In this document: positions 62,252-64,000 of the stretch, in pieces | Position numbering within the stretch: the stretch's first letter is position 1 | How the letters are laid out: each line of letters opens with the position of its first letter | Assembly (NCBI GenBank): GCA_043820815.1 | Contig: JBDRDJ010000011.1 | Span: 4,808-68,807 of the forward strand | Direction of reading: 5' to 3' | DNA from: Candidatus Omnitrophota bacterium | GTDB taxonomy: Bacteria > Omnitrophota > Gorgyraeia > Duberdicusellales > 4484-171 | DNA length: 64,000 nt | Position numbers and translations under genes: made by a program | Notes under the pieces: generated by a model | What the model was told of the DNA's origin: nothing | Database searches by the model: none | The model's input: the letters and a program-made list of their open reading frames with translations, nothing else

Positions 62252-62335
62252 GCGAGGGTGGCGGAATTGGCAGACGCACTAGCTTGAGGGGCTAGCGGTA
62301 GAGATACCGTAGGGGTTCAACTCCCCTCCCTCGCA
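62252..62335 (+). tRNA. tRNA-Leu (anticodon GAG), type II with long variable arm, no encoded CCA
   Basis: Hand-folded. Acceptor GCGAGGG/CCCTCGC plus A. Anticodon stem CTAGC/GCTAG with loop TTGAGGG. Variable arm CGGTA-GAGA-TACCG. T arm AGGGG-TTCAACT-CCCCT. Confidence 0.85.
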
Positions 62336-62417
62336 TTTCTCGTTTTGCGTATTGCGTTGTGCGTAATGCGTAAAAAAGAAAACGCAATACGCAAAACGCA
62401 TAACGCAAAACGAAATT

Positions 62418-63182
62418 ATGGCAAAGGTAGTATTCTTAGGGACTTCATCAAGTATTCCTACTAAAGGCCGCGATAATACCTCTTTTCTTTTTACCGGCAA
62501 AAAAGAAACATTTCTCATAGACTGCCCCGGGTCAATTTGTCAAAAACTTCTTAAAGCAGGCTATGATTTTAGGAAGTTAAGAAATATAATAATAACTCAC
62601 GAGCACCCCGACCATATTTACGGACTCGTTTCACTTATTCACACCCAGGCATATTTCAATAAGATACTTAATATTTTTACCAATTCTTCATGCATCAGGA
62701 TTATAAATAAATTAATTAAGATATTTGATTTGAATAGAAAACATTACCCTGCAGTCAGCTTAATTAACGTATTCGGCAAATCTTCATTTTACCAAAGCAA
62801 ATCTCTTATTCTCTCGGCAATTAGAAATAAACACGTAAGAAGCTCTTTCGGAATTAGATTTGATTTTGGAAAAAAAACCCTCTTGTATAGTTCTGATACG
62901 GCTTTATCAGATAATATTATAAAACAGGCAAGCTTAGCCGATTATCTTATTCATGACTGCACTGCTTCTTCTTATTACTTCAGAAAGCACTCTAAATTAT
63001 ACAAGATACATACTTGCGCAAAAGATTTAGCCTTAAGCCTTGAGCATTTAACGCATACAAGGCTGATTCCCATTCATTTCTTGCTGATGAACAGAAATGA
63101 ATATGGGAGAATAAGAAAAGAATTAAGGCCTTTAGGCAAAAGATGTATCTTTGCAAAAGACTTTGACAGCCTAAACCTTTAG
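62418..63182 (+). CDS. MBL-fold metallo-hydrolase (RNase Z/ElaC-like)
   Basis: KVVFLGTSSSIPTKGRDNTSFLF, FLIDCPG, HEHPDH (HxHxDH), and late D and H residues. Confidence 0.6.
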   Translation: MAKVVFLGTSSSIPTKGRDNTSFLFTGKKETFLIDCPGSICQKLLKAGYDFRKLRNIIITHEHPDHIYGLVSLIHTQAYFNKILNIFTNSSCIRIINKLIKIFDLNRKHYPAVSLINVFGKSSFYQSKSLILSAIRNKHVRSSFGIRFDFGKKTLLYSSDTALSDNIIKQASLADYLIHDCTASSYYFRKHSKLYKIHTCAKDLALSLEHLTHTRLIPIHFLLMNRNEYGRIRKELRPLGKRCIFAKDFDSLNL

Positions 63183-63403
63183 ATTATCAGAATAATGCTC
63201 TTTAAAACCTCCAAAAATAATAGTATTTGCGAGCTTGGCGTCTTAGCGGGTAAAATAAATAAGAATTATAGCGGAGTTTTGTCTACCGAAAGTTAGTGTT
63301 CGCCTACCGGCATGAAGCAATACTGTACCAATAAAACCACTTAAGATATGCGTTATGGTTAATGACTGCGCTGACAGTAAAGTTTGCCACAGGTACACTC
63401 TCG

Positions 63404-64000
63404 CTATTTAGAAAATATAGTTGTTTCCTCTTGCATATATCGTTTCACCCTATGTTCTATTAACTCACAATATTTCTTATCGATGTCATAGGCAACATAC
63501 TTCCTTTTGGTTTTTAATGCTGCTATGCAAACCGTGCCGCTGCCAGCAAAAGGATCGAGAACAACATCTTCTTCAAATGTATAGAGTTGAATTAGACGGT
63601 ATGGTAAATCAACAGGAAAAGGAGCAGGATGGCCTACTTTACTTGCTCGTTCTGCTGAAAAATGCCAGACACTTTTTGTATACTCGAGAAATTCTTCTTT
63701 GGAGATAGTGCTTTTTTTCTTATAGAGATTTCTAAGGCTAAAGGTTTCTTTACAAAAAATTAAAATATATTCGTGCACATCTCTTAATACCGGGTTATTC
63801 GCTTTGAGCCAACTCCCCCATGCCGTAGATGAACTTGCACTTGAGCCTTTATCCCAAAGAATTTCCCCCCGCATTAAGAAACCGATATCGTGCATATCTT
63901 CAATGATAAAACTGTGCAGTGGTATATATGGTTTTCTTCCTAAATTAGCGATGTTAATGCAAACTCTACCGCCAGGTACTAAAACTCGATAGGTCTCTTT
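63404..64000 (-). CDS. DNA methyltransferase, N4/N6 type (PF01555-like, beta class), N-terminus outside the window
   Basis: C-terminal motif I DPFAGSGT. The minus-strand frame stays open from 63895 to 64000 and reads KETYRVLVPGGRVCINIANLGRKPYIPLHSFIIED, typical of this family. The (D/S)PPY motif would lie beyond the window. Confidence 0.8.
   Translation of the reverse strand, partial: KETYRVLVPGGRVCINIANLGRKPYIPLHSFIIEDMHDIGFLMRGEILWDKGSSASSSTAWGSWLKANNPVLRDVHEYILIFCKETFSLRNLYKKKSTISKEEFLEYTKSVWHFSAERASKVGHPAPFPVDLPYRLIQLYTFEEDVVLDPFAGSGTVCIAALKTKRKYVAYDIDKKYCELIEHRVKRYMQEETTIFSK

Noticed and set aside
62279-62518. 79-aa minus-strand ORF
   Set aside because: It overlaps the tRNA-Leu gene, the heptad hairpin and the start of the MBL gene, so it is an artefact of the palindromic sequence.

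Overview
This is an AT-rich bacterial chromosome segment, standard genetic code, almost entirely plus-strand coding. It probably comes from an uncultivated diderm lineage; gene content suggests Omnitrophota-like candidate phyla, but I cannot verify that. I see three blocks. (1) nt 2-19,893: the last 9.2 kb of a giant surface-type protein (over 2,990 aa, reading frame open to the window edge). It is followed by an 11-gene secretion operon. That operon combines T2SS-type gspE-F-G-H-I-J-K with a pilMNOPQ-ordered assembly half, and its secretin carries a TonB-C-like tail. (2) nt 20-48 kb: an accessory mosaic. It holds LemA/DUF3137, response regulators, an orphan second GspE-like ATPase with two PilZ genes, and a putative aminolipid synthesis/export set (FeeM/OlsB-like N-acyltransferase, MMPL, LolA-like protein, beta-barrel). 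It also holds a core of two B12-radical-SAM genes, a methyltransferase and an acyl-CoA ligase. That core is peppered with HEPN-MNT and AbiE toxin-antitoxin pairs, four stand-alone AAA_14/DUF4143 ATPase cassettes, and a GxxExxY gene bracketed by 30-bp inverted repeats. Two duplication scars (a 71-nt gene 5' end and a roughly 95-nt methyltransferase tract) flank inserted cassettes. (3) nt 48.9-63.2 kb: housekeeping genes (fabF, rplU, proB, proA, nadD, pgm, plsC, frameshifted rpsA, tyrS, tRNA-Leu), followed by a partial DNA methyltransferase at the 3' edge. Several dispersed repeat and hairpin families and G8-G10 homopolymer tracts are visible. All family calls rest on motifs read by eye; no database search was run.
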